Source: a virus. From it: 64,000 nt of DNA. The notes beneath the pieces were generated by a model that searched no databases, was not told the origin of the DNA, and worked only from the letters and a program-made list of their open reading frames with translations. Location of the stretch: the IMG/VR virus record IMGVR_UViG_3300027798_000020, positions 32,001 through 96,000 of that record; one strand, given 5' to 3'. Shown here in pieces: positions 9,416 to 18,807 of the stretch. A program made the position numbers and the translations under genes. Every line of letters starts with the position of its first letter. The first letter of the stretch is position 1.

Positions 9416-10258
9416 ATGGCACAGCACACAACCTATTGGTCATGCACACCGTTTGCAGACTGGATTCGCGGCACTAAAAAACTAAGCGCAGGCACAGCCG
9501 AAGAATGGGACAACTGGACCACTGCGGCTCAAATGAAACATAATTTTCGTTACTGGCTAGCTGAAGAGGGTCTAAGCTATATCCAGGATTTTGTAACTTG
9601 GCCCATTAGAAAGATCTACGATGTTAAGTATTACATCAATAACCGTTGGGTTACTCGTACTCACAGTCTTACCGCCCATGCTCGTGATATCAAGCCTGGT
9701 AATTGGTGTGATGTTGGCAATCGGTTCCTGCCATGCCTATTTAATGAGTTGGTTGATTTCGTCGAAATTGAATCCGCATGGTCGCACATCGCCTGGGGAG
9801 ATAAGGAAGCTCGCGCAAAGTATGATCCTCCCTTTTGGGCTTCTGGTTGGTGGCGTTGGCGCACTTGGCGTTGCCCTCAAGCAGGTATCGATCATCTTGA
9901 CTGGGCAATGACTCTGACTAACACTGACTGGTGTGGACCAGAGCATCCAGACTACGGCAAGCCAACTGGGCAAGCTATTCGTGCAAAAGAAATCAAAGAA
10001 CTGTACGTATGGTGGACTACTGTATATCCCAATCGTCCAGATGCTCATGATGCCAGTGGTTGGAGTGCTTACTGCGAAGCGGCACGTTTGGCCAATGGTG
10101 GCAAGCTAAGTTGGATGAGTAGTGACAAGACACCCGAACTTCGCAAGATGGCTGACAAAGCACTCAAACTTACTACCAAGATTGAAGCGGCCTATGACAA
10201 AGAAGATACTGAAATGATGATCCGTTTAATCAAGGCTCGCGATAGTCTTTGGACTTAA
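9416..10258 (+). CDS. Trp-rich conserved phage hypothetical protein
   Basis: 280-aa ORF with AAGGA RBS. Confidence 0.8.
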   Translation: MAQHTTYWSCTPFADWIRGTKKLSAGTAEEWDNWTTAAQMKHNFRYWLAEEGLSYIQDFVTWPIRKIYDVKYYINNRWVTRTHSLTAHARDIKPGNWCDVGNRFLPCLFNELVDFVEIESAWSHIAWGDKEARAKYDPPFWASGWWRWRTWRCPQAGIDHLDWAMTLTNTDWCGPEHPDYGKPTGQAIRAKEIKELYVWWTTVYPNRPDAHDASGWSAYCEAARLANGGKLSWMSSDKTPELRKMADKALKLTTKIEAAYDKEDTEMMIRLIKARDSLWT

Positions 10259-10344
10259 CCAATTTGTGTCAACGTAATGCAAAGCTAAGGCGTTATATAT
10301 ATGTAGGGTAATAATTCCTACACTAACATAAAGGAAACTTTAAA

Positions 10345-10551
10345 ATGAAATTAGCAATCGTAATCGCATCATTGTTCGCAGTATCAGCATTTGCACAAGC
10401 ACCTGCTAAGAAAGAAGAAGCCAAACCAGCCGCACCTGCCGCTTCAGCACCAGCCAAAGCTGAAGTTAAGAAGGACGAAAAGAAGCCTGTCAAAAGTGAG
10501 CCTGCTAAGAAGGACGCACCTAAAGCAGACGCCAAGCCAGCCGCTAAGTAA
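10345..10551 (+). CDS. secreted low-complexity Ala/Lys/Pro-rich protein
   Basis: Sec signal ending AFA-Q followed by a K/A/P/E-rich disordered chain; AAAGGA RBS. Confidence 0.75.
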   Translation: MKLAIVIASLFAVSAFAQAPAKKEEAKPAAPAASAPAKAEVKKDEKKPVKSEPAKKDAPKADAKPAAK

Positions 10552-10715
10552 TCGACGCTTAGAAGACAACGACAGTCTTGTTATTGAAGATGAGATTGTT
10601 TTTGGACGTAATCTACAAGCACGTAAGTTCGGAAAAATTGTTGATGAAGAACTATCTGATTATGTATTATGGAGATTATGGCGAGCTCGACAATTAGCAT
10701 TATCGAAGTATAATC

Positions 10716-10747
10716 AAGTCCATGGTTAAGTCCATGGACTTTTTTTT
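10716..10747 (+). terminator. intrinsic terminator
   Basis: AAGTCCATGG-ttaagt-CCATGGACTT running into a T8 tract. Confidence 0.8.
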
Positions 10748-10771
10748 GGCAAGCCTTAGTACAGGATAATT

Positions 10772-11611
10772 ATGTTAATGCACCTATCCTGTATATTCGA
10801 TCATCAAGAATTAAAAATAGAACTTTTAAACAATCCTGTAGTAGATAAATGGGTTGCATCGTTGTTGCCCAATGAAACTTGGGATGTTAATCATAATCGG
10901 TTAGCTAATGTAGATTATGATGTGTTTTTAAAATCTTCAAAGAGAACAACACTTGTTAACACTATTAGACAATTCAATTCACAATTTCCAGAAACAATTT
11001 TTCCGTTCGAAGTAAGCGATCAAACACAATTTTCCAACAATGACCTAAACGATATACATCGATTTTTTACTTCAGCAACTTGTCACAGATCATGGTATCC
11101 GCATCAGCCTCCGTTTGAATTGCCCATTATTGATCAATGGTATCAAGGTCTAGACAAAATAAACTTAGCTGTACATCAACTACAATTACATTATCCTAAC
11201 AAACGGAAAACACTGCATACCGATATATGTTTATTAGAGTTCTCCAATCCATCTGCCCAGGAATATATGCACGAGGTAGGTGATTGGCAATATTTAGATT
11301 ATGATCTTACTTGTAATGTATTCCTACAACACTGTATCTGCGGCAAGGACAGTTTCCAAGCATACGTAGACAATGATGATTGCAGACATTTTGATGTTAT
11401 GTCGCAGTGGAATAGCGTCCATAATAGTTTTTATATTGATGTGAACAATTCAAGAAATAATACTATGAAAAATACTGCGTTTAAAGAATGGTTGATTGCC
11501 GGTAGAAAGTATAACACTGCGTGGCAATATATGCCACTTGGAAGAATTAAAGATCAATTTGATGTTAACACCCTTGGCTCACTTAAAGAGATTAAATTAA
11601 ATGACTGTTGA
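10772..11611 (+). CDS. hypothetical protein, first gene of the radical SAM/glycan module
   Basis: 279-aa ORF overlapping the next gene by 11 nt. Confidence 0.75.
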   Translation: MLMHLSCIFDHQELKIELLNNPVVDKWVASLLPNETWDVNHNRLANVDYDVFLKSSKRTTLVNTIRQFNSQFPETIFPFEVSDQTQFSNNDLNDIHRFFTSATCHRSWYPHQPPFELPIIDQWYQGLDKINLAVHQLQLHYPNKRKTLHTDICLLEFSNPSAQEYMHEVGDWQYLDYDLTCNVFLQHCICGKDSFQAYVDNDDCRHFDVMSQWNSVHNSFYIDVNNSRNNTMKNTAFKEWLIAGRKYNTAWQYMPLGRIKDQFDVNTLGSLKEIKLNDC

Positions 11612-12974
11612 TAAAAATAAAATTATTAAGATTAAAAACATTACAGACCGAATTAGTCCTACATTCTGTCTAGCCAAATGGCATCACACAACTATCTATC
11701 TACAAACAGGCGAAACACATAGTTGTTATCATCCGGCACCTCATGCTATTCCGTTAAACGAAATATTAGAAAATCCAAGTGCATTACATAACACGCAAGA
11801 GAAAAAGAATCAACGAATTGCTATGCTTAACGGCGAGCAACCCACAGGTTGCCAGTATTGCTGGAACATTGAAGCATTAGGGTCCGACTATATTAGTGAT
11901 AGACACGAAAGAAACGCCAGTATCTACACCGAAGATCGTATGTCAGAAATTGAAAATAACGATATAGATTTTAATATCAATCCCGAATATATTGAGATAT
12001 CGTTTGGCAACGAGTGTAATTTTAAATGCGGATATTGCCATCCTAAAGCATCAAGTAGTTTCTACAAAGAAATTGAAAAGTTTGGTCCGTACGATATGGT
12101 ACGCAATCACCGAAGTGACATTGATTGGTTTAAGATTCATAAAATTGAAGAAGAAAATCCATATGTTGAAGCATGGTGGAAGTGGTGGCCTACCATGCGT
12201 AAGACTTTAAACATATTGCGTATTACTGGTGGCGAGCCGTTGTTACAACAATCAACGTGGCGGCTTCTGGAGGACCTTGATCTAAATCCATTGCCGCAAC
12301 TTGAATTAAACATTAACAGCAACTTAGGTGTTAAGCACTTACTAGTTGAACGTTTATCAGAGAGGGTTGAAAAGTTACGAGTTGAAGGTAAGATACGTAG
12401 GTTTAAATTATTCACTAGTTTAGATACATGGGGACCTCGTGCAGAATATATTCGCACAGGGCTTGACTTAGATGTATGGAGCAACAACTTCCACACGTAT
12501 CTAACTAAAACTAAAAATCCAATTACATTTATGATAACTTTTAACATACTAGCAGTTACTAGTTTTAAAAGTCTATTAGAAAAAATGTTAGAGTGGCGTA
12601 AACAATACGGATGGTACGATCATTTAAAAGAACATCGAATACGATTTGACACACCATACTTAAAAGAACCGTTACAGTATGATATGAATATTTTACCTAA
12701 AGAAGAATTTATGCCGTACATGCACGAAGCATTAGACTTCATTAAACAAAACATTGATAATACTGCATCTGATAAGTTTACAGACTTAGAATATGAAAAG
12801 TTTCGAAGAGTAGTTAACTATATGGAAACCACTCACTACTCAGATGATAAATTAAAAGAAGGGCGGACTGATTTTCATCGGTGGTTTACTGAGTTTGATC
12901 GACGAAGGGGAACTGATTTTTTAGAAACGTTTCCTGAATACAAACCATTTTTCTTGGATTGCAAAAAAATATGA
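11601..12974 (+). CDS. radical SAM protein with N-terminal twitch/SPASM-like Cys cluster
   Basis: CNFKCGYC (CxxxCxxC) and ITGGEPLL; N-terminal FC...SCYH...CQYCW. Confidence 0.9.
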   Translation: MTVDKNKIIKIKNITDRISPTFCLAKWHHTTIYLQTGETHSCYHPAPHAIPLNEILENPSALHNTQEKKNQRIAMLNGEQPTGCQYCWNIEALGSDYISDRHERNASIYTEDRMSEIENNDIDFNINPEYIEISFGNECNFKCGYCHPKASSSFYKEIEKFGPYDMVRNHRSDIDWFKIHKIEEENPYVEAWWKWWPTMRKTLNILRITGGEPLLQQSTWRLLEDLDLNPLPQLELNINSNLGVKHLLVERLSERVEKLRVEGKIRRFKLFTSLDTWGPRAEYIRTGLDLDVWSNNFHTYLTKTKNPITFMITFNILAVTSFKSLLEKMLEWRKQYGWYDHLKEHRIRFDTPYLKEPLQYDMNILPKEEFMPYMHEALDFIKQNIDNTASDKFTDLEYEKFRRVVNYMETTHYSDDKLKEGRTDFHRWFTEFDRRRGTDFLETFPEYKPFFLDCKKI

Positions 12975-13969
12975 AAATTTTTATAACAGGAGTGGCTGGA
13001 TTTTTAGGCAGTCACATTGCAGATAGAATGTTAGAGTTAGGACATTCTGTGGCTGGCAATGATATTTTGCTAGGAGGCTACAAATCTAATGTACCAGACA
13101 ATGTAGAATTTCACGAAGTTGATTGTTGCGACCAGCAAAAGATGACTGAGATTATGCAAGGATCAGATATTGTTATTCATTGTGCTGCCACTGCACATGA
13201 AGGACTCAGTATCTTTAGTCCTGCATTTATTACTAAAAATATATTCCAAGCCAGTGTTAGTACTATTAGTGCAGCCGTATCATTAAAAGTAAAGCGGTTT
13301 GTATTTTGCTCAAGCATGGCTAGATACGGCCACGGCGAGCCTCCATTTAAAGAATCGGACATACCGTGTCCAGCAGACCCTTACGGCATTGCTAAAGTTG
13401 CCAGCGAAGATATTCTAAAGACTATGAGTCACGTGCATGGTATTGAATGGAACATTGCAGTCCCTCACAACATTGTTGGGCCACGACAACGCTATGACGA
13501 TCCGTTTAGAAATGTTGTAAGCATAATGGTTAATCGATGCTTACAAGGTAAGCCTCCAATTATATACGGTGACGGCAGTCAAGAACGGTGCTTCAGCTAT
13601 ATAGACGACTGCGTGTATTGTATTGAGCAGTTAGCTCTTGGTCCATTTACGTACGAAGTTGTAAATATTGGTCCGGATGAAGGCACTATAACAATTAAAG
13701 AGCTAGCCGAGATAGTAGCAGACGAGTGCGGTTATACTAGAGGTTTTATGCATATGCCTGATCGACCTAACGAAGTAAAGTATGCTACCTGTAGTTCACA
13801 GAAGGCAAGAGAATTATTAGGCTACATCCACACCATAGATGTGCGTGAGTCTGTAAAAAGAACAGTAGAATGGATTAAGGAACACGGTCCTAAACCGTTT
13901 GATTACAGTTTTCCTTTAGAAATAGTTAACGACCTTACACCGCTAACTTGGAAGGATCGGTTGATGTGA
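12971..13969 (+). CDS. NAD-dependent nucleotide-sugar epimerase/dehydratase (extended SDR)
   Basis: TGVAGFLG, SS, YGIAK (YxxxK), N..GPRQ, GDGSQERCFSY. Confidence 0.95.
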   Translation: MKIFITGVAGFLGSHIADRMLELGHSVAGNDILLGGYKSNVPDNVEFHEVDCCDQQKMTEIMQGSDIVIHCAATAHEGLSIFSPAFITKNIFQASVSTISAAVSLKVKRFVFCSSMARYGHGEPPFKESDIPCPADPYGIAKVASEDILKTMSHVHGIEWNIAVPHNIVGPRQRYDDPFRNVVSIMVNRCLQGKPPIIYGDGSQERCFSYIDDCVYCIEQLALGPFTYEVVNIGPDEGTITIKELAEIVADECGYTRGFMHMPDRPNEVKYATCSSQKARELLGYIHTIDVRESVKRTVEWIKEHGPKPFDYSFPLEIVNDLTPLTWKDRLM

Positions 13970-15237
13970 TTAACTTTGTTTTTGAAGACTTAGACAGTAG
14001 AAGAAACTTTGTTGCATATCAAGACGACATTGGTCCAAACCGATTTGGTCCGAGTGCTATCATGGGTGCCATTAAACACTATAGAGTACACAGTTCTTTA
14101 GAAAATTACTTTAGTGACTTAGTTGAATTAGATCATTGTATTATTGCATCTGGAGTAGGTGAATCTCCTAATTGGTGGACTGGTGCTAACTACTATAAAG
14201 ACAATATTAGAGAGAGCTTGTTTGACTACTTAACTGATCAACAATTAGATAGACTTAAAAATAAAAAAGCATTATTACTTTTAGATCAATGTTTGGAGGG
14301 ATATCAGACTCCTTGGCTGTGGCAATTCTTTCACGAAGAATGTAACCGTGTTGGAATAGATCCTGCGTGTATAGTGTATGTCACTGGCAACATGCTGGCC
14401 GCAAGCCAATATACTATGTGGGCTAATAATAAATCTGTTACATCACAAGTTAAGGTAATTTCATATCCACACTTTGAAAAAGATATTCAGATGATCGCTA
14501 AAGACTCTAATATCCTACCCAGTGTAACTGTTAACTTAGACTATAAGAAGTATAACATTACAAAAGTAAGAACGTACAACTGCCTTAATAAAAGGACGCG
14601 GGCTCACCGAAGTTGGTTTTTCCTTATGCTGTATAAAGAGAAATTGTTGTCAAAGGGTCTAGTCAGTGCCAACGATTATGGGGCACACATACCACGAATT
14701 GAAAATAAATGGCCTGATCAACGTGCAATGGAAGAAGCTAGAAAATTGTTGCCGTTATTAGTGTATGAAACAGCTAACAATGAACAGGAAGATTTATATT
14801 ACATAAATCGAATAATGGACCAAATATATTTAGATACATGGGTAACTGTTATTTCCGAAGCTAGTTTTTCCGATGCTGACGAAACTGTATTCATTAGCGA
14901 AAAAACATTTAAACCAATTGCCTGCAAGCATCCATTTATTTTCCTAGGAAATAGAGGAAGTTTAAAAAAATTAAAAGAGATGGGGTATAAAACATTTCAT
15001 CCATTCATAGATGAAAGCTACGACGAGTTATCAACGTTTGATCGATTTGATGCCATTATAAAAGAGATAAAAAGAATCGATGCAATACCTGATAAATTTA
15101 AATGGATTCAATCAATGAAAGATATATTAGAACATAACTATCAAATACTCAACCAACGAGAAACACAAGTTCCGGCTGCTCACGTAGAACTGTTTAACTA
15201 TTACAATAACTACTTTAATATATGTATAACAGAATGA
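13966..15237 (+). CDS. putative glycosyltransferase (GT-B, GT10-like C-terminal motif)
   Basis: GTG start overlapping the upstream stop; VISE...FISEKTFKPI...HPFIFLG resembles the E..TEK..PI..G donor-binding motif. Confidence 0.5.
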   Translation: MINFVFEDLDSRRNFVAYQDDIGPNRFGPSAIMGAIKHYRVHSSLENYFSDLVELDHCIIASGVGESPNWWTGANYYKDNIRESLFDYLTDQQLDRLKNKKALLLLDQCLEGYQTPWLWQFFHEECNRVGIDPACIVYVTGNMLAASQYTMWANNKSVTSQVKVISYPHFEKDIQMIAKDSNILPSVTVNLDYKKYNITKVRTYNCLNKRTRAHRSWFFLMLYKEKLLSKGLVSANDYGAHIPRIENKWPDQRAMEEARKLLPLLVYETANNEQEDLYYINRIMDQIYLDTWVTVISEASFSDADETVFISEKTFKPIACKHPFIFLGNRGSLKKLKEMGYKTFHPFIDESYDELSTFDRFDAIIKEIKRIDAIPDKFKWIQSMKDILEHNYQILNQRETQVPAAHVELFNYYNNYFNICITE

Positions 15238-16085
15238 TTCCGACTATTGTGCCCGGAGCAAAGATTGTAATAGGCTTGGGTGATAGTTTTACACAGGGTG
15301 TAGGCAGTTGGCCTAAAGAAGTTTGGGATCGATACAACGGTCAAATTGATACGCTGAAAATCCCATTAGAAATCTTTGATCAAATGTACGATAACAGTTG
15401 GGTTCAACAGTTGTGCAACAATCATATGACAGATTGGACTCCAATTAACTTAGGATGTTTAGGCACTGGCAACAGAAGTGCAGTAAAGAATTTGTATCTA
15501 CATCCTAAAATTAAATTTGAAAATGCTTCTAGCGGCGTTGTTATACTGATGCTTAGTGGCATGGAACGATTTGATTTTGTTAATAAAGATTTTCCAGAGC
15601 ACAATCATTTTTATACTATGTGGCCAAACCCGTGGGATAAAAACTCTACAAATAAAAAATTATGGGAAGCATATGCTGAATCTTTATGGAGTGAAAAATT
15701 TATCTGTGTAGAGACATTATTAAACATTCGAGAAGCAGAAATGTTTTGTAAGGCACACGGATTTCATTTAATTGTTGGCAGTGCATTTGACGTTAGAATA
15801 ACTAAAGATTATTTTGTTAAACACCTAGGGAACAGTCATCTTGAGTTGATTAATTCAATCCCATGGGGATCATTTTGCCAACCGGGCGGGGTTAGAAGCT
15901 TTATGGAGATGCTACTAATTATGGAAGGGCGTCCAGATTTGGTTGCAGGAGGATTTTATGATTATTGTCATAAGCTCAAAGGACCAACCGATTTTGTTAC
16001 ACCCTGCGCCCACCCTAGCCAAAATGGCTACGCTGTAATGGCTAGCCAATTACACGAATATATCGTGTCCAAAAAGATAATTTAA
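15222..16085 (+). CDS. SGNH/GDSL hydrolase-like protein
   Basis: GLGDSFTQG block I, NLG..G.GN block II, C-terminal HPS.NGY. Confidence 0.75.
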   Translation: MYNRMIPTIVPGAKIVIGLGDSFTQGVGSWPKEVWDRYNGQIDTLKIPLEIFDQMYDNSWVQQLCNNHMTDWTPINLGCLGTGNRSAVKNLYLHPKIKFENASSGVVILMLSGMERFDFVNKDFPEHNHFYTMWPNPWDKNSTNKKLWEAYAESLWSEKFICVETLLNIREAEMFCKAHGFHLIVGSAFDVRITKDYFVKHLGNSHLELINSIPWGSFCQPGGVRSFMEMLLIMEGRPDLVAGGFYDYCHKLKGPTDFVTPCAHPSQNGYAVMASQLHEYIVSKKII

Positions 16086-16088
16086 GTA

Positions 16089-16117
16089 TTGACAGCACCC
16101 AAGTTTGGTGCTATAAT
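16089..16117 (+). promoter_or_regulatory. sigma70-like promoter with an inverted repeat in the spacer
   Basis: TTGACA-N17-TATAAT; AGCACC/GGTGCT at 16094-16112. Confidence 0.85.
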
Positions 16118-16148
16118 ATACATATCGTTAAACAAATAGGAGCTTGAA

Positions 16149-17354
16149 ATGGCGAAAACCGCAACCAAAACTCGTGTAACTAAAAAGCAAGTCATTGCCC
16201 ATCGTACTCGCGTAATCAAGGACACTAGTCCAACTTGGGAAGGTTGTGAGTCTTGGGACAGTGACAAGTTCCACAAGCACTTTCGAAACTCTATGGACTA
16301 CTATCGTCTCGAGTCCGAAATTAAAACTTACAAACCTGTAGTTGTACGTTGGATGGAAAGTGTCGGTTGCACTAAAGCAGACATTTCAGCATTTAAGAAA
16401 GTCAAAGACAGTCGTGTTGGCACTACTATGGGCGCAGTGGCGGCGTGTTTGAACCGAGGTATGCAAGCCCAACGTCCTGATTTTAATCAAGGTCGAGACA
16501 GTGCCGCTTGGTTGCGGGCAGAAATTGTCAAAGTAATCAATGACGGCAAAGACGATATTGACCCTGAGGTAGCTGCCGCCGAAAAAGAATCAGCTAAGGT
16601 AGACGTATACACTCCTACAATCCAAGAACGAGTACGAGACGCCGCGTATGCAATGACTGAAGAAATAGAAGATGCGTATCAAGCCTTCCAAGTTGATCCT
16701 GAAAACTTTGATCCTAAAGCATTTAAGATGCTTAACCTGCTTAAAGGAAAAGGTGCTAAGGCAGCTCATGCACGTATCATTCGTGACTTCTACGCTCGCG
16801 ACCTTGCAGAGTTAAATGAGTTGGCTAGTGGGGAGGCTGACGAGCAACTCAAAGAAGGTTACAAGCATCGTAGTCGTAAGCAGATTAAAAACTTTATTGC
16901 CTTCCTGCAAGAAATTGAATCAGCTTGCAATATGCTAATGCAAGAAGCCAAGGTCAATCGTGCTCCACGTAAGACCAAAGCAGTTAGCAAGGATAAACTT
17001 GTTGCTAAACTCAAGTACATGAAGACTAATGAGCCTTTGAAACTTGTAAGTGTCAGCCCTACTGACATTATTGGCGCTAGCGAACTGTGGATCTTTAACA
17101 CTAAGACTCGTAAATTAGGTCGGTATGTTGCGGCCGAGTTCAATACCCTAGGCGTTAAAGGCACTAGTATCACAGGGTTTGATGAGTTTAAAAGCGTACA
17201 AAAGACCCTGCGTAAGCCCGAAGAAAAGCTCAAAGAGTTTAAAGCGGCTAACAAAGTAGCTCTGCGTAAGTTCTTAGACGAAATCAACGCTACAGATACT
17301 AAAATGAACGGTCGTATTAACGAAGAAACTGTTCTACTTAAAGTATCAAGTTAA
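16149..17354 (+). CDS. conserved phage hypothetical protein
   Basis: 401-aa ORF, AGGAG RBS, its own consensus promoter. Confidence 0.85.
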   Translation: MAKTATKTRVTKKQVIAHRTRVIKDTSPTWEGCESWDSDKFHKHFRNSMDYYRLESEIKTYKPVVVRWMESVGCTKADISAFKKVKDSRVGTTMGAVAACLNRGMQAQRPDFNQGRDSAAWLRAEIVKVINDGKDDIDPEVAAAEKESAKVDVYTPTIQERVRDAAYAMTEEIEDAYQAFQVDPENFDPKAFKMLNLLKGKGAKAAHARIIRDFYARDLAELNELASGEADEQLKEGYKHRSRKQIKNFIAFLQEIESACNMLMQEAKVNRAPRKTKAVSKDKLVAKLKYMKTNEPLKLVSVSPTDIIGASELWIFNTKTRKLGRYVAAEFNTLGVKGTSITGFDEFKSVQKTLRKPEEKLKEFKAANKVALRKFLDEINATDTKMNGRINEETVLLKVSS

Positions 17355-17368
17355 CATGGTAAGCCATA

Positions 17369-17376
17369 GATAAATA
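17369..17376 (+). promoter_or_regulatory. late-promoter-like GATAAATA in the 5' arm of a 13-bp hairpin covering the next ATG
   Basis: AGCCATAGATAAA (17362-17374) is the exact reverse complement of TTTATCTATGGCT (17391-17403). Confidence 0.65.
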
Positions 17377-17397
17377 CTCGAAAGAGACTTTTTATCT

Positions 17398-18696
17398 ATG
17401 GCTAACTACACCGCAAACTCAGAAAATAATTTAGAAGGTCAGGGCCTTGAATGGACTGATGGCAAAACTTCTACCTCATTAATTTACAAAGTTGGAAATC
17501 GACTACACCTTAATGGTAGTTTAGACCTCGATGCATCTAAAGCATTTAAGATTAATAATGCAGATGTACTAACAGCTAAAGAGTTAGGGCCCGGAGTTAT
17601 CCGCAGTAGTCTTAGACAAGTAGGTAATTTACGATCATTAATTGTAAACGGCGATACAAACCTTGGTGAATTTGCTACATTCAACAGCGCACTCAATCGC
17701 TTAGGCATTAATACTGATCGCCCTAACGCTACCCTTTCCGTACTAGAAAACAACGTAGAAATCGCCTTAGGCGCACCCGTTGACGGTAGAGCACAAATTG
17801 GTACGTTTACTAATCACGATCTTGATCTAATAACAGATAACACTGCACGAGTAACAATCACAAGTGACGGTGAAGTTGTAATTGGGCACGAGCGGTTTAA
17901 CAACGGCATTTTACGAGTAAATGGTACAATATTTGCTAAAAATATTATTACCGACGATAAAGATGGTCGTGCTAATTCTGTTGTATTTTCACAGCCAGGC
18001 GATGTATCTGTGTTTGGTGTTGGGTTAGCGTGGAGAGCAAAAGATCTTACTCGTCAATTGATTTTAAGAAACGGTCCTGAAAGACTTTGGAGTTCAGAAA
18101 GTTTTGATCTAGGCGAAGGCAAGTCATACTATCTTAACGGAGAACTAGCAATATCACCGAGAGCAATTGGTCCTAATATTAGCCAGTCTAACCTAACTAC
18201 ATTGGGCACACTTGAGAATTTAAGTGTAGGCGGTGCGTCTAGATTCATGGGCGATATTAAAGCTGAATTTATGACGTTGAAGGCTGTAACTATAAACCAC
18301 GCCGGAATACTAACCGTTAACAATGACGGTATCAGAACATCAAAAGACTTTAAAGTAACAGTAGACGGCTTAGAAGACGTTAAGGTAGGCAGTCAAGAAA
18401 TTGTTATTGGACATAATCAAAATGTCAACAGGCCACTTAAACTATTTGGTAAAGTTTCAATTGGTGTTAACAGTCCAGATACATCTGTCGACTTAGAAGT
18501 GAAAGGGCCAGTTAGTTTAAATGGTAAGAAGTTTATTTCTGCTAGCGAGCATCCAAGTATTGGAATTTATACCAAAGGTGACGTTTGCTGGAATGCTGAA
18601 CCACACGATGGTAACTATGTAGGTTGGATCTGTGTAGTTTCGGGCAATCCCGGAACTTGGTTGCCATTTGGTGCAATTGGTCGCCACAATAGTTGA
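17398..18696 (+). CDS. virion structural / tail-fibre-like protein
   Basis: Internally duplicated SSLRQVGNL / SNLTTLGTL and LGINTDRP / VSIGVNSP modules; C-terminal GD.CWN..P...GW.C...G.PGTW. Confidence 0.65.
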   Translation: MANYTANSENNLEGQGLEWTDGKTSTSLIYKVGNRLHLNGSLDLDASKAFKINNADVLTAKELGPGVIRSSLRQVGNLRSLIVNGDTNLGEFATFNSALNRLGINTDRPNATLSVLENNVEIALGAPVDGRAQIGTFTNHDLDLITDNTARVTITSDGEVVIGHERFNNGILRVNGTIFAKNIITDDKDGRANSVVFSQPGDVSVFGVGLAWRAKDLTRQLILRNGPERLWSSESFDLGEGKSYYLNGELAISPRAIGPNISQSNLTTLGTLENLSVGGASRFMGDIKAEFMTLKAVTINHAGILTVNNDGIRTSKDFKVTVDGLEDVKVGSQEIVIGHNQNVNRPLKLFGKVSIGVNSPDTSVDLEVKGPVSLNGKKFISASEHPSIGIYTKGDVCWNAEPHDGNYVGWICVVSGNPGTWLPFGAIGRHNS

Positions 18697-18720
18697 CATT
18701 GTTCCTTAAGACTGTATAAT
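18693..18720 (+). promoter_or_regulatory. sigma70-like promoter
   Basis: TTGACA-N16-TATAAT upstream of an ~80-nt queD leader. Confidence 0.75.
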
Positions 18721-18807
18721 TACATATAGCGGACTTTTAACGTCATTCATCCCGCTTTATAAACTCTGCATGTCGTCAAACTTGCTACCTTACAAAGGAG
18801 ACTAGAG

